A DNA stretch of 64,000 nt from an uncultured Gammaproteobacteria bacterium (lineage in GTDB: Bacteria > Pseudomonadota > Gammaproteobacteria > JAIEPX01), in assembly GCA_964567285.1 (NCBI GenBank), contig CAZMLO010000006.1:7259-71258 (forward strand), read 5' to 3'. The notes under the pieces were generated by a model. It searched no databases, was not told the DNA's origin, and worked only from the letters and a program-made list of their open reading frames with translations. Positions 31,682 to 41,355 of the stretch are shown piece after piece. Position 1 is the stretch's first letter. The number at the start of each line of letters is the position of its first letter. Position numbers and translations under genes: made by a program.

Positions 31682-32197
31682 TTGACCTTAAGAGGAAAGG
31701 ACATGATCTTACTGCATACCAATTATGGCGACATTCGCATTAATCTCGACACCCAGAATACTCCGGTTACAGCCAATAATTTTATCGAATATGCCAAGAG
31801 TGGATTTTATGATGGTACTATTTTTCATCGTGTAATTAAGGGATTCATGATCCAAGGCGGTGGGTTTAAGCAGGGGATGGTTCAGCAATCCACAAATCCT
31901 GCCATTGAAAATGAATCTCCCAAAGCCCAGCCGAATAAAACCGGCACAATTGCGATGGCGCGAACCTCTGATCCTCATTCTGCTAGCGCTCAGTTCTTTA
32001 TCAACGTCGCAGACAATCATTTTCTGGATTATAAATCACAGACGCCGGATGGTTGGGGCTATTGTGTTTTCGGCGAGGTGACAGAAGGGTTGGATATCGT
32101 CAAAAAAATCAGCCAAGTTCAAACGACTGCGCGTTCGGGGCATGCGGATGTTCCCATCGAAGATGTGATTATTCAATCGATCGAAGTGATGGCCTGA
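31682..32197 (+). CDS. ppiB: Peptidyl-prolyl cis-trans isomerase, cyclophilin type
   Basis: Cyclophilin motifs [15 protein letters not shown] and [17 protein letters not shown]. Confidence 0.9.
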   Translation: MTLRGKDMILLHTNYGDIRINLDTQNTPVTANNFIEYAKSGFYDGTIFHRVIKGFMIQGGGFKQGMVQQSTNPAIENESPKAQPNKTGTIAMARTSDPHSASAQFFINVADNHFLDYKSQTPDGWGYCVFGEVTEGLDIVKKISQVQTTARSGHADVPIEDVIIQSIEVMA

Positions 32198-32208
32198 GAT
32201 CTCACTGA

Positions 32209-33327
32209 ATGGATTCACCAGGGATTAGGGTCGATAAAGAGCAGGGAATTTTGTATTGTCTTGGTGATTGGCGTATCTCCACCTTAGGAAAGGCAGAATC
32301 GCAATTACGTCAGCTCGCAAAAATTAAGAGCGATAGGCTGACGATTGATGGATCAGGTCTTTCCTCTTTGGATAGTGCAGGCGCATTTTTAATTTTCCAA
32401 ACCATTCAAAGCTTAAATCGCGCGAAAATCACTGCGGAACGTGTCAATTTTTTGGCGCAACACGATCATTTGTTTTCTTTATTGCAAGAAAAAATGAACA
32501 AAGTGAAAATCCCCATAAACCCAAAAGAAATATCTGATCCCCTCACTTTTATTGGTAAACAAACCATCAAGCGCTTAAAAGGGGGCTTGGATTTTTTATC
32601 TTTTGTGGGTGAGATGGGTTATATTCTTCGCAGTATTATTTTGCGCCCAAAACATTTTCAATTTCGAGCCTTACTGCGTATCGTGGAAGATGCTGGATTT
32701 CACGCCCTCCCGATTATTGCATTATTATCTTTCTTGGTGGGTGTTGTGTTATCTTACCAGTTGGGACGACAGCTCGAAACCTATGGCGCAAATATTTTCA
32801 TCGTCGATTTATCCGGTATGGCCATTCTCAGAGAATTCGGCCCCTTAATTACAGCCATTATTGTCGCTGGTCGAACGGGTTCGTCTTTTACAGCACAAAT
32901 TGGTCTGATGAAAGTCAACGAAGAAATTGATGCGCTCAGAACAATGGGGCTAACACCTTACAATCGAATTGTGATTCCGCGCGTACTGGGTATGATTTTG
33001 GTGATGCCATTATTAACGATTTGGTCGAATGCCTTTGCTGTTTTTGGCAGTATGATGATGTCAAGAAATATGCTGGGTATTACACCGTTGGATTTTCTGT
33101 CGCGATTTGCTGACCGAATCGATACCACAACCTTATGGACTGGGATGGGCAAAACGCCGGTATTTGCCATTGCAATTGCTCTGGTCGGATGCTTCCAAGG
33201 TTTTCGAGTGGAATATACTGCAGAAAGTATTGGAACTCATACGACAATGAGCGTGGTTCAAGCAATCTTTTTAATTATTGTGATCGATGCGATTTTTTCC
33301 GTGCTTTACAGTTGGGCGGGCCTCTAA
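32209..33327 (+). CDS. ABC transporter permease of the MlaE family with an N-terminal STAS (MlaB-like) domain
   Basis: N-terminal STAS-like ~100 aa followed by an MlaE-like multi-TM core. Operon with the ATPase and MCE genes. Confidence 0.75.
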   Translation: MDSPGIRVDKEQGILYCLGDWRISTLGKAESQLRQLAKIKSDRLTIDGSGLSSLDSAGAFLIFQTIQSLNRAKITAERVNFLAQHDHLFSLLQEKMNKVKIPINPKEISDPLTFIGKQTIKRLKGGLDFLSFVGEMGYILRSIILRPKHFQFRALLRIVEDAGFHALPIIALLSFLVGVVLSYQLGRQLETYGANIFIVDLSGMAILREFGPLITAIIVAGRTGSSFTAQIGLMKVNEEIDALRTMGLTPYNRIVIPRVLGMILVMPLLTIWSNAFAVFGSMMMSRNMLGITPLDFLSRFADRIDTTTLWTGMGKTPVFAIAIALVGCFQGFRVEYTAESIGTHTTMSVVQAIFLIIVIDAIFSVLYSWAGL

Positions 33328-34109
33328 TGAACTCTGTGGGAACAGTTATCGATATCAAGGGCTTGTCTAATTTTTTGGGAGGAAATTGGGTTCATCAAAA
33401 TTTAGATCTTCAGATCCGCCGTGGCGAAATTTACGCGGTTGTGGGAGGGAGTGGTAGTGGTAAAACAACCTTATTACGCACCATTCTGATGCTCCAAAAA
33501 CCGACTGCGGGTGAGATTTCTTTGTTTGGATTGAATTTAGGAACCGCCACCTCAAAAGAAAAACTCTTAATTCGCCGACGCTGGGGAATGTTGTTTCAAC
33601 ACGGTGCGCTTTTTAGCTCATTAACAGTCTTAGAAAATATTTTATTCCCGTTGCACGAATTCACGCATCTCAGTGCAGATTTAGCAACTGAAATTGCAAT
33701 GTTAAAAATTCTATTAACAGGCCTACCTGAAGACGCGGCCTTTAAATTACCGGCTGAATTGAGCGGGGGTATGCTCAAACGGGCGGCTTTATCGCGTGCA
33801 TTAGCACTCGATCCTGAATTGCTGTTTTTGGACGAACCCACCTCGGGTCTCGATCCTCAAGGCGCGAGTGAATTTGATGAATTGATTCTAGGGCTCAAAC
33901 AAACGCTCAATTTAACGATTGTTATGGTGAGTCATGATCTTGATTCACTCTGGGATGTGGCCGATCGCGTTGCTTTTTTGGGCGATAAACGTGTGTTGGC
34001 AGAAGAATCGATGCCCAACTTAGTCAAAAACCCCAATCCCATCATTCAGGATTATTTCAGTGGTAGGCGAGGGCAGTTACGCATTAAAGCTCACGAAGAT
34101 AGGTCTTAA
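33327..34109 (+). CDS. ABC transporter ATP-binding protein (MlaF-like)
   Basis: Walker A GGSGSGKTT, signature LSGGMLKRAAL, Walker B LLFLDEPTSGLD. The ATG at 33327 overlaps the upstream stop. The track ORF 33135.. is an in-frame 5' extension. Confidence 0.85.
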   Translation: MNSVGTVIDIKGLSNFLGGNWVHQNLDLQIRRGEIYAVVGGSGSGKTTLLRTILMLQKPTAGEISLFGLNLGTATSKEKLLIRRRWGMLFQHGALFSSLTVLENILFPLHEFTHLSADLATEIAMLKILLTGLPEDAAFKLPAELSGGMLKRAALSRALALDPELLFLDEPTSGLDPQGASEFDELILGLKQTLNLTIVMVSHDLDSLWDVADRVAFLGDKRVLAEESMPNLVKNPNPIIQDYFSGRRGQLRIKAHEDRS

Positions 34110-34205
34110 CAAGTATAAATCCACCAGGTTGTTGATTTAGGATGCTTTGCAGTCTTGCGCTTTGCTGCTAAACTGCTATGGATAGACTCAGGAAAATCGA
34201 CTCGT

Positions 34206-35111
34206 ATGGATACTAAAGTCAATTACATCGTTGTTGGTCTGTTTATGACCATCCTAACCCTTGGCATCATAGGGTCGACGATTTGGCTTGCCGGAGTTCA
34301 TAGCACAAAAAAATACAACACCTACGTGACTTACATGAATGAAGCTGTCACGGGCTTAAGTGAAAAGGCTCCTGTAAAATTCAATGGCGTTGAGGTGGGA
34401 TTTGTCGATAAAGTGGGTTTGAATAAAAACAACCCTCAACAAGTGCGTCTCGTACTTAAAATACAAGAGAATGTCCCGATTACTGAAGCGACGCGTGCTT
34501 CATTATTAGCCCAAGGATTAACGGGCATTGCTGTTGTGGGTTTAACAGCACAGCAGGTCAAAGCCCCGCCGCTGAAGAAAAAACCAGGCCAACATTATCC
34601 CATAATTCCTTCGAAGCCATCTTTACTATTTAGGCTAGATCAAACTGTGGAAGTGATGTCTCAATCGGTATCGTCAGTCGCAAAAAATCTCAATGAGCTA
34701 TTGAATGACGAAAATCGAAATGCGGTTAAAAACAGTTTGCAGCATCTGAGTGAGATAACGGGTCTTTTAGATAAAAATTCAAAGGCAATTGATGAAGCGT
34801 TGTCATCGGTGGGAAAGATTGCTAAAAATTCTGAGATCGCCAGTAATAGATTACCGCAGCTTATGGATGAATTTGAAATTTCACTGAAAGAAGCCAAAGC
34901 AGCGGCTACCAATCTTCGTGCATTGTCTGCCAAAGGGAATCAAAGCATTGATGATTTGACTCAGCAAACTTTACCCAACGCACAACAAGTGATGACAAAA
35001 TTGAAACGATCGCTTGATAATGTTGAACAATTAACCGGGGAGCTTAATAAAAACCCTGCGATGTTATTGCGTGGTCGTAATCCAGCACCTCTTGGACCCG
35101 GAGAACGCTAG
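34206..35111 (+). CDS. MCE-domain substrate-binding protein (MlaD/PqiB-like)
   Basis: N-terminal TM (IVVGLFMTILTLGII) and an MCE domain. I prefer the start at the MDTKVNY Met. Confidence 0.7.
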   Translation: MDTKVNYIVVGLFMTILTLGIIGSTIWLAGVHSTKKYNTYVTYMNEAVTGLSEKAPVKFNGVEVGFVDKVGLNKNNPQQVRLVLKIQENVPITEATRASLLAQGLTGIAVVGLTAQQVKAPPLKKKPGQHYPIIPSKPSLLFRLDQTVEVMSQSVSSVAKNLNELLNDENRNAVKNSLQHLSEITGLLDKNSKAIDEALSSVGKIAKNSEIASNRLPQLMDEFEISLKEAKAAATNLRALSAKGNQSIDDLTQQTLPNAQQVMTKLKRSLDNVEQLTGELNKNPAMLLRGRNPAPLGPGER

Positions 35112-35112
35112 T

Positions 35113-35811
35113 ATGAATTTTTGTGCTCTAAAAACCCCACTCACTTTGATTTTCGCGATTTTTGGTGTGGCGAGTTGTAGTTTTTTAGGACCTCAAAATA
35201 TTCCTGAAGTGACAACTTATACTATAGCGGTACCAAAAACGCAGCCAAGTTTTTCATCGGCTCAAAAAATCACCTTAATGGTGAGTACACCGACTGCAGG
35301 AGCAGGCTACGATTCACGAAAAATGATTTACACCAATAAACCCTACGAATTAGCTTCATTCGCAAAAAGCCAATGGGCTGCGACTCCGGCTGAAATGTTG
35401 GAACCCATTTTGATTCAAAAACTGCGTGATACTGGTTACTTTCATGCAGTCGTGAGCAATGCTTTTTCAACGTCACGACAAGTTTTTTTGAGAACGCATT
35501 TAATTGAATTACGCCAAGATTTTACGCAAAATCCCAGCCGAATTATTTTGTCATTGCAGGTTGAAATAATTAATGCAGAAGATGGTAGAGTGATTAATGC
35601 TAAAACTTTTACAAGCTCAGTGTTGACTGCTGAAAATACGCCGTATAGTGGGGTAGTGGCAGCCAATAGAGCGGTTGATCGACTTGCTTCTGAGATTGCA
35701 CTGTTCAGCTTGAGTTCTCTGAATAATAGTGGATTACAGAGTCATTCAACTCCTAAAGCAAGCTATCGGAAATTTCACCCCAAGCCAAGCAAAGTGATCC
35801 AAAAAAAATAA
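35113..35811 (+). CDS. ABC-transport auxiliary lipoprotein (PqiC-like)
   Basis: Lipoprotein signal with lipobox GVASC. Last gene of the Mce-type operon. Confidence 0.6.
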   Translation: MNFCALKTPLTLIFAIFGVASCSFLGPQNIPEVTTYTIAVPKTQPSFSSAQKITLMVSTPTAGAGYDSRKMIYTNKPYELASFAKSQWAATPAEMLEPILIQKLRDTGYFHAVVSNAFSTSRQVFLRTHLIELRQDFTQNPSRIILSLQVEIINAEDGRVINAKTFTSSVLTAENTPYSGVVAANRAVDRLASEIALFSLSSLNNSGLQSHSTPKASYRKFHPKPSKVIQKK

Positions 35812-35812
35812 C

Positions 35813-35833
35813 GGCCGCAAGATGCGGCCGTCA
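35813..35833. terminator. Hairpin ACGGCCGCA-aga-TGCGGCCGT. It acts as an intrinsic terminator for mip (minus strand; a U-run follows) and may act bidirectionally.
   Basis: 9-bp perfect stem. An A-run on the plus strand immediately upstream reads as a T-run downstream on the minus strand. Confidence 0.55.
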
Positions 35834-35865
35834 TCGAAAGCGAAGCCTGGCGACCCAGAAAATAT
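35831..35865. repeat. Degenerate right-arm copy of the dispersed palindromic repeat (GTCATCGAAAGCGAAGCCTGGCGACCCAGAAAAT)
   Basis: It aligns with GTCATCGCGAGGGAAGCGTGGCGATCCAGAATTT at 39897. Confidence 0.4.
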
Positions 35866-35872
35866 AAAATCC

Positions 35873-36655
35873 CTAAGATTTCTTAGCCTTTTGATTATCA
35901 ATATCAACCAGCTCAATCGTAAAAATCAATGTGGCATTAGGACCAATTTTTCCATGAGTGCCTCGTTCACCATAGGCTAAATTAGCGGGTGCAACGACTT
36001 CCCATTTTGATCCTTTGGGCATTAATTTTAGGGCTTCACGCCAAGCAGGTATGACGCTGTTCACAACGAAAGCAGCAGGTTTATCACCCAATTCTTGGCT
36101 GGTAGAGAAAACTTCACCGTTCAGTAGTTTTCCTGAGTAATTAACAAAAACCCTGTCAGTATCTTTGGGAGTAGGGCCCGTGCCTTTATTGAGTATTCGA
36201 TATTGGAGTCCTGAATTTGTAGTGGTTACACCAGGTTTTGCTTTGTTTTCGGCAAGGAATTTATTCGCTTCTTCTTTATTAGCATCCGCTAATTTTTTCA
36301 TATCAGCATACTGTTCCTGCATGGCTTGACGTTGAAAACTAATCAATACCTTCTGCATCTCTTCTTTGCTAATCGTAGGTTCTGCGTTAGAAATGCCTTG
36401 TTGGAATCCTTTGAGAAGCTCAGCTTGATTCAGCTGTTTGAATTGTTCAATTAAGTTTGTACCCATGGTGAAACCAATCGAATAACTTACTTTATTAATA
36501 TCAACAGATTGGTTGCTGGGTTGTTGAGAATTGCTGGTAGTTGAGCTTGTTGCGGTAGGTTTAGCCGGTGCTGTTGAATTGGCTGCATAAATCGACGACG
36601 CAGCAACCAAGGTTGAGAAAATCAAAGCCGTTGTTAAAGAACGAACTTGCATCAT
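35873..36655 (-). CDS. mip: FKBP-type peptidyl-prolyl isomerase Mip (macrophage infectivity potentiator)
   Basis: C-terminal FKBP domain (VNYSGKLLNGEVFSTS...LIFTIELVDI). N-terminal signal peptide from MMQVRS. SD AGGAG 7 nt upstream of the ATG at 36655. The track ORF has a 5' extension. Confidence 0.85.
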   Translation of the reverse strand: MMQVRSLTTALIFSTLVAASSIYAANSTAPAKPTATSSTTSNSQQPSNQSVDINKVSYSIGFTMGTNLIEQFKQLNQAELLKGFQQGISNAEPTISKEEMQKVLISFQRQAMQEQYADMKKLADANKEEANKFLAENKAKPGVTTTNSGLQYRILNKGTGPTPKDTDRVFVNYSGKLLNGEVFSTSQELGDKPAAFVVNSVIPAWREALKLMPKGSKWEVVAPANLAYGERGTHGKIGPNATLIFTIELVDIDNQKAKKS

Positions 36656-36857
36656 TATCTGACTCCTAAAAAGATGAATAAAAATCCAAGGGTACAAGAT
36701 TGTACCAATTTCAGTAAAGAGCAAAATGCCCGAAAGCGCTGTGGTAGAAGACTACAACAGTATTTTGTTAGCAAAGCATGGATTAAGTCTTCAGTAATCA
36801 AATACTGTGTCAAATAGCGTTTGTGCAATATCTAACAATAGAGTCGCCCAGCATATA

Positions 36858-36885
36858 ATTTCCTGTAAGGAAATTTACAGGAAAT
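36858..36885. promoter_or_regulatory. Palindromic operator candidate ATTTCCTGTAA-ggaaat-TTACAGGAAAT, upstream of a -10-like TATAAAAT, in the divergent mip / 36989 promoter region
   Basis: 11-bp perfect inverted repeat read directly. Half-site TGTAAG..TTACA is reminiscent of GacA/LetA-type boxes, but the spacing differs. Confidence 0.4.
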
Positions 36886-36988
36886 AGTAAGGTATAAAAT
36901 ACTGCTCTGTTGTATTTCTTATTGGCTGTGATACTATCCGCGAGTGATTTTATTATTATTCTTTTAACTCACAAGGAGATACAACATT

Positions 36989-38776
36989 ATGCAAGGTCAA
37001 CAGGAAAATCAAAGTCACCAACACTCAGCTGTGGTTCCAGGATTTATGGGGATAGGAAATTTAGTTTTCCAAAGTTTGCATTCCTCCACACAATCTGCCG
37101 CTGTTAAGGAAAAACTCTCATCTTTTCTCGCAATCAGGGACGAACTCCTCAAGGGCGTTAAAAATCTAATATCTAAAACGGATCCTAGGATAAACATCGG
37201 ATTATCTGCATGGTTAGATCAGAATGCTAAGACATACCCCGGCGCCATATTGAAGAAATTAATCTCTGAATATGCTGCGGCCAAAGCAGAAGATGCTAGA
37301 TTCAGTATCCTAAAAAAAGCAGGCGATTGGGCTACGTACTGCGCTCATCTTGGCGCAATTATCGAAACTTATTCAGCTCAAATGCTTCTCGATGCTGCAG
37401 AAGAACTGATTTTAGCATGGTCAAAATTACATGCAGAATCCAATGTTAGTGCTGAAGCTCTTAAAACGGCTCAAGGGAAAGTTGAAATCTTGACAGCAGA
37501 TAATCAGGCTCTACGTGAAGAGGTTGCAGGAAAAGCAGCAGCAGCTAGAGAAAAAGACGCGCTTGCAGCACAGCTAGCATCACAAAATGAGCAAGTACTG
37601 AAAGATCTGAAAGCGGAAGTAGAAAGACTCAGACAGTTGGCCGATAAAACAACAGCACTCGAACAGGAAGTCGTTAGCCTTAAAAGACAACTGGATAGTT
37701 CAGAGTCTCAAGTCCTCAAGCTTGAACAAGAAAAAAGTGAATATAAGGCCAAAGCAGAAGCTAACGCTCAAATGCAAACAGAGTTAGCCGTTACCAAAGC
37801 GCTCCTCGAACAACACAGGCAACGTATCGCTGAATTAGAAAAACAAATAGCGGAAGACAGACAAGAAACCAAAGAGATGCAATCTCAGATGTTGGCTCAG
37901 TTAACGTCTTTGAATGATAGATCTCGACTTGATGCAACGGCTAATCCTTATGCTTCTACCTCTATGAATCTTGGCAGTAGCTTTGTGGGTTCAGAAAATG
38001 CTTTTGGTGGGAGAGCTCCGGCTCCGCGGGATCTTAACACTTCGATGGGTGGGAATGGAAATCGTGGGAAATCTGGCATGTTTGCAGCTCCTGCCCAACT
38101 TATGCTGCTGAGAAACCCACATCTTGCAAAATCAGTAAACGAAACAACCGAACCTAATGCTAGTAAAATTGCTACGGGGTTGCACAAACTCAGAAGTACA
38201 AGACTTATTTCTGAGCTACGAATTAGCATGTTTGAACTTCTAGCTCGGTTTTTAAGTCATTTCGACCCAGACGATCAACGTGCTGACGAGTGCATTGCTG
38301 CTATCAATGCTTACAAGGGACTCTTTCTTGAACCTTTGGATCCTAAAACAGCTTTGGATAGGCTGATCAGAGACCTCTCTGAAGTTAAGTGCTCAACACA
38401 AGGTCCTGATCAATTCGAGGCCTTAAAACAAGATCTGTCTCAACTGGCAAGAACAACGCCTCGAGCTGTACAAAGCGTTGTACCTGAAAATCTTAATAAT
38501 ATTCTTGTGATCGCAGAGCTTAAAAATCTTACTATGCAGACTCGCTTTAATATACCCACTTTGAATGAGTACTTTACTGAAGTCTACGAAGAAGCTGAAG
38601 CTAAAGTAAAAGCTGCTAAAACAGCAACAAAGACAGCTGTAGCACCTAAGACGGCTTCGAAGCACGAAGAGCAGGTGTTTGGAGCAACTCAAGTTGAAGA
38701 GCAGGTGTTTGGAGCAGATCCAGCTTCACAAGATCTCTATGCATCCTCAGCGAGTAAAGACAACGTGTTTGGCTAA
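36989..38776 (+). CDS. Hypothetical 595-aa protein with a long central coiled-coil and FG-containing Gly/Asn-rich and C-terminal repeats (EEQVFGA x2, DNVFG). Effector-like.
   Basis: ORF with SD AAGGAG. Heptad-rich segment 150-300. 21-bp direct DNA repeat GAAGAGCAGGTGTTTGGAGCA x2 at 38664-38722. Confidence 0.5.
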   Translation: MQGQQENQSHQHSAVVPGFMGIGNLVFQSLHSSTQSAAVKEKLSSFLAIRDELLKGVKNLISKTDPRINIGLSAWLDQNAKTYPGAILKKLISEYAAAKAEDARFSILKKAGDWATYCAHLGAIIETYSAQMLLDAAEELILAWSKLHAESNVSAEALKTAQGKVEILTADNQALREEVAGKAAAAREKDALAAQLASQNEQVLKDLKAEVERLRQLADKTTALEQEVVSLKRQLDSSESQVLKLEQEKSEYKAKAEANAQMQTELAVTKALLEQHRQRIAELEKQIAEDRQETKEMQSQMLAQLTSLNDRSRLDATANPYASTSMNLGSSFVGSENAFGGRAPAPRDLNTSMGGNGNRGKSGMFAAPAQLMLLRNPHLAKSVNETTEPNASKIATGLHKLRSTRLISELRISMFELLARFLSHFDPDDQRADECIAAINAYKGLFLEPLDPKTALDRLIRDLSEVKCSTQGPDQFEALKQDLSQLARTTPRAVQSVVPENLNNILVIAELKNLTMQTRFNIPTLNEYFTEVYEEAEAKVKAAKTATKTAVAPKTASKHEEQVFGATQVEEQVFGADPASQDLYASSASKDNVFG

Positions 38777-38785
38777 TAAAATCCA

Positions 38786-39808
38786 ATGAAAGCTAAAAGC
38801 TCTCTCGCAGGTTCCGACTCCCCTGCTCCTACTGCAGGGGAGGATCCGCGAGATTCTGAACTACATCAGTTGCTTAATAAAAATAATTGGCTCAATGGCT
38901 CGAGAGACTATCGCCATAAAGCTTTAGCTCAGTTCGTCTCAAACAATAATCGTTATGCTCGTGAGAAATTACAAGCCGACGCTAAACTGCGGCAACAATT
39001 TTTCTCAGCATTGGCAGATTGTGAATTAGCAGAGTTCAAAATTTTAATTCGGTTTATTGCAAAATCGCGGGTATTAACTGAAGAGCTTAAGACCCTGCTC
39101 ACTGATGTCATGAACAAAAATGCGAATGGTTATTCTGATCCTCAGTGGAATAAGGCTCTTTATCGCTCTACTCTAGCCAAGTATTTGGTGCATAGTGATA
39201 CGATTGCTCATGCATTGTTATCGTACTCTATGCTCCCTTCAACAGATCCCGCTTTTGTTGCAAGAGTTTTACTGAATAAAATTGGTGCACCTGCAGTATA
39301 TTTTACACAAATAGATTCTCCGGTATGGCACATTATTAATACCTTAAAAGGTCTGGTAGAGTTAATACTCCCCTCTTTTTTATTTTCATTTAAAAACCCT
39401 CCTATACCTTCTGAAGTACTGGCGTGCATAGAAGAAGCTCCTCGTGATTTGGCGTCTGCAAAAGCTGAAGCTTCGAGCAATGCGGCTAAAATATGCATTA
39501 CCTTCAATACCTATGGCTGGTCCAAACCTAAAGAAGAAACTGAACCCAGCCCGGTTCCCTCACCTTCTATCAATCGAGTAGAACCACGCACTCCTGCAAA
39601 GCGGTTGGTGAATGCAAATGCTACTTTTCTAGGTACTGTTGAGGAGTTTGATCAGACATTTATGGAGCCAGCTCTTAAAAATGCTCTAGACGAGTCTTTT
39701 TGTGGTTCTTTTGGCGTTCCTCCATCTCCAATCAAATTTCAGGTAAAACGAACCCTATTGACTGATGATGAGTTGGCTGATCATGAAGTAAAATCAGGTA
39801 AACCATAG
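38786..39808 (+). CDS. Hypothetical 340-aa protein, cotranscribed with 36989..38776
   Basis: 10-bp gap to the upstream gene. No known motifs. Confidence 0.45.
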   Translation: MKAKSSLAGSDSPAPTAGEDPRDSELHQLLNKNNWLNGSRDYRHKALAQFVSNNNRYAREKLQADAKLRQQFFSALADCELAEFKILIRFIAKSRVLTEELKTLLTDVMNKNANGYSDPQWNKALYRSTLAKYLVHSDTIAHALLSYSMLPSTDPAFVARVLLNKIGAPAVYFTQIDSPVWHIINTLKGLVELILPSFLFSFKNPPIPSEVLACIEEAPRDLASAKAEASSNAAKICITFNTYGWSKPKEETEPSPVPSPSINRVEPRTPAKRLVNANATFLGTVEEFDQTFMEPALKNALDESFCGSFGVPPSPIKFQVKRTLLTDDELADHEVKSGKP

Positions 39809-39896
39809 TTATCTTAGGAAAGTCTCTCATTATATTTAGAAAGTTAAAATACAGTACCCTATCTGGGCCAAACGTGATGATCTAGAGTTAAGGCGT

Positions 39897-39933
39897 CTGT
39901 CATCGCGAGGGAAGCGTGGCGATCCAGAATTTC
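39897..39933. repeat. Solo right-arm copy of the dispersed palindromic repeat (CTGTCATCGCGAGGGAAGCGTGGCGATCCAGAATTTC)
   Basis: Read directly, just upstream of rmuC. Confidence 0.6.
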
Positions 39934-39951
39934 ATAGTAAGGTAATCTCAA

Positions 39952-41217
39952 ATGCATGAGCAAAGTCTGTTGATCATCGGTTTACTGAGCTTAGTATTAC
40001 TCAGTATTCTCGTCGTTTTTATTATCACCCAACACTCAAAATTAAAAGGTCTTGCTCATACTCTCTCCAATAAAGAAGACCAATTGAACGAACTTCGAGA
40101 TGCTTTTCATCGACTCATGAAACAACATCAACTGGATGTACATGAACAGCGCGAACGTTTTGATAAACATCAATTAGATAGCTTAAAATCCTTACAAGAA
40201 ACTTTAAACACGAATGTACTGAATATTCAGCAACATCTCACTTTCACCTTGAATCAAAACAGTGAGCAGCTCACTCAACAAGTTCGTTTTTTGACTCAAA
40301 ATACCGATCAACACCTCAAAGAAATCAGCGGACAAGTTGAAAAACGATTAACAGAAGGCTTTGACAAAACCACCGCTATTTTCAGTGATGTGGTGAAACG
40401 ATTGGCGCTGATTGATCAGGCCCAAGCGAAATTGACTGAACTCTCAAGTTCTATGCTCAGCTTACAAGAGGTGCTCTCCGATAAACGTTCGCGTGGTGCT
40501 TTTGGTGAGGTGCAACTCTCTCATTTGATTCATAATATGCTGCCAGAACAACATTTTGCACTGCAATATACGCTTTCCAATGATTGTCGCGCGGATGCGA
40601 TATTATTTTTACCCGAGCCCAGTGGACACATTGCTATAGACTCTAAATTTCCTCTGGAACGATATCGAGAGCTTCAAAATATTCCAGCGAACTCAAGCGA
40701 TCGAAAGATCATAGAACAACAATTTCGCACTGATATACGCCGCCATATCGATAATATTGCTGAAAAATATATTATTCCAGGCGAAACCGCCGATGGTGCG
40801 GTGATGTTTATCCCGGCAGAAGCCTTATTTGCAGAAATCCACGCGCATTATGCAGAATTAATTGAGTACGCCTATTCACGTCGAGTCTGGATGGTCTCTC
40901 CAACCACCTTAATGGCGATTTTAACCACCGCTGGCGCTGTGCTCAAAGACGATGCAACCCGCAAGCAGGTGCATATTATTCAAGAGCATCTAGCCCGATT
41001 AGGCGTTGATTTTGCCCGATTCCAAAAGCGGATGGATAATTTGTCGCGGCATATTACTCAAGCACAACAAGATGTTGAGGATATCCACAAATCTTCTCGA
41101 AAAATAACTCAGCGCTTTAACAAAATTGAGAAGGTAGAGTTAGAGGGCTACGGCGATGCTGCTCTACTCCCTGAGGCTGAAGTTGCTCTCTTGAATGAAG
41201 AAGCGATTGATGAGTAG
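39952..41217 (+). CDS. rmuC: DNA recombination protein RmuC
   Basis: N-terminal TM, long coiled-coil, conserved RSRGAFGEVQL motif and a C-terminal nuclease-like domain. Confidence 0.75.
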   Translation: MHEQSLLIIGLLSLVLLSILVVFIITQHSKLKGLAHTLSNKEDQLNELRDAFHRLMKQHQLDVHEQRERFDKHQLDSLKSLQETLNTNVLNIQQHLTFTLNQNSEQLTQQVRFLTQNTDQHLKEISGQVEKRLTEGFDKTTAIFSDVVKRLALIDQAQAKLTELSSSMLSLQEVLSDKRSRGAFGEVQLSHLIHNMLPEQHFALQYTLSNDCRADAILFLPEPSGHIAIDSKFPLERYRELQNIPANSSDRKIIEQQFRTDIRRHIDNIAEKYIIPGETADGAVMFIPAEALFAEIHAHYAELIEYAYSRRVWMVSPTTLMAILTTAGAVLKDDATRKQVHIIQEHLARLGVDFARFQKRMDNLSRHITQAQQDVEDIHKSSRKITQRFNKIEKVELEGYGDAALLPEAEVALLNEEAIDE

Positions 41218-41300
41218 ATGACGGGTTGCAGTTCTGATGTATAGTAGTGCGGCAGCCTGATGTGAAGAAGTGCTGCAGCGTAATCGTGACACTTATCCCA

Positions 41301-41336
41301 CCGTCGTCGCGAGCGTAGCGTGGCGATCCAGGATGG
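41301..41336. repeat. Solo right-arm copy of the dispersed palindromic repeat (CCGTCGTCGCGAGCGTAGCGTGGCGATCCAGGATGG)
   Basis: Read directly, just downstream of rmuC and in the same orientation as the copy at 39897. Confidence 0.6.
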
Positions 41337-41355
41337 TTCTGAAGGCTGGTGAACT

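Noticed and set aside
33135-33326. 5' part of track ORF 33135..34109
   Set aside because: It is an in-frame upstream extension overlapping the permease gene. A clean ATG at 33327 overlaps the upstream stop codon, and the conserved ATPase N-terminus starts there.
36725-36988. Possible sRNA between mip and the 36989 gene
   Set aside because: The features present (palindromic operator, -10-like box, SD) are adequately explained as divergent promoters. There is no terminator-like structure to define an sRNA.
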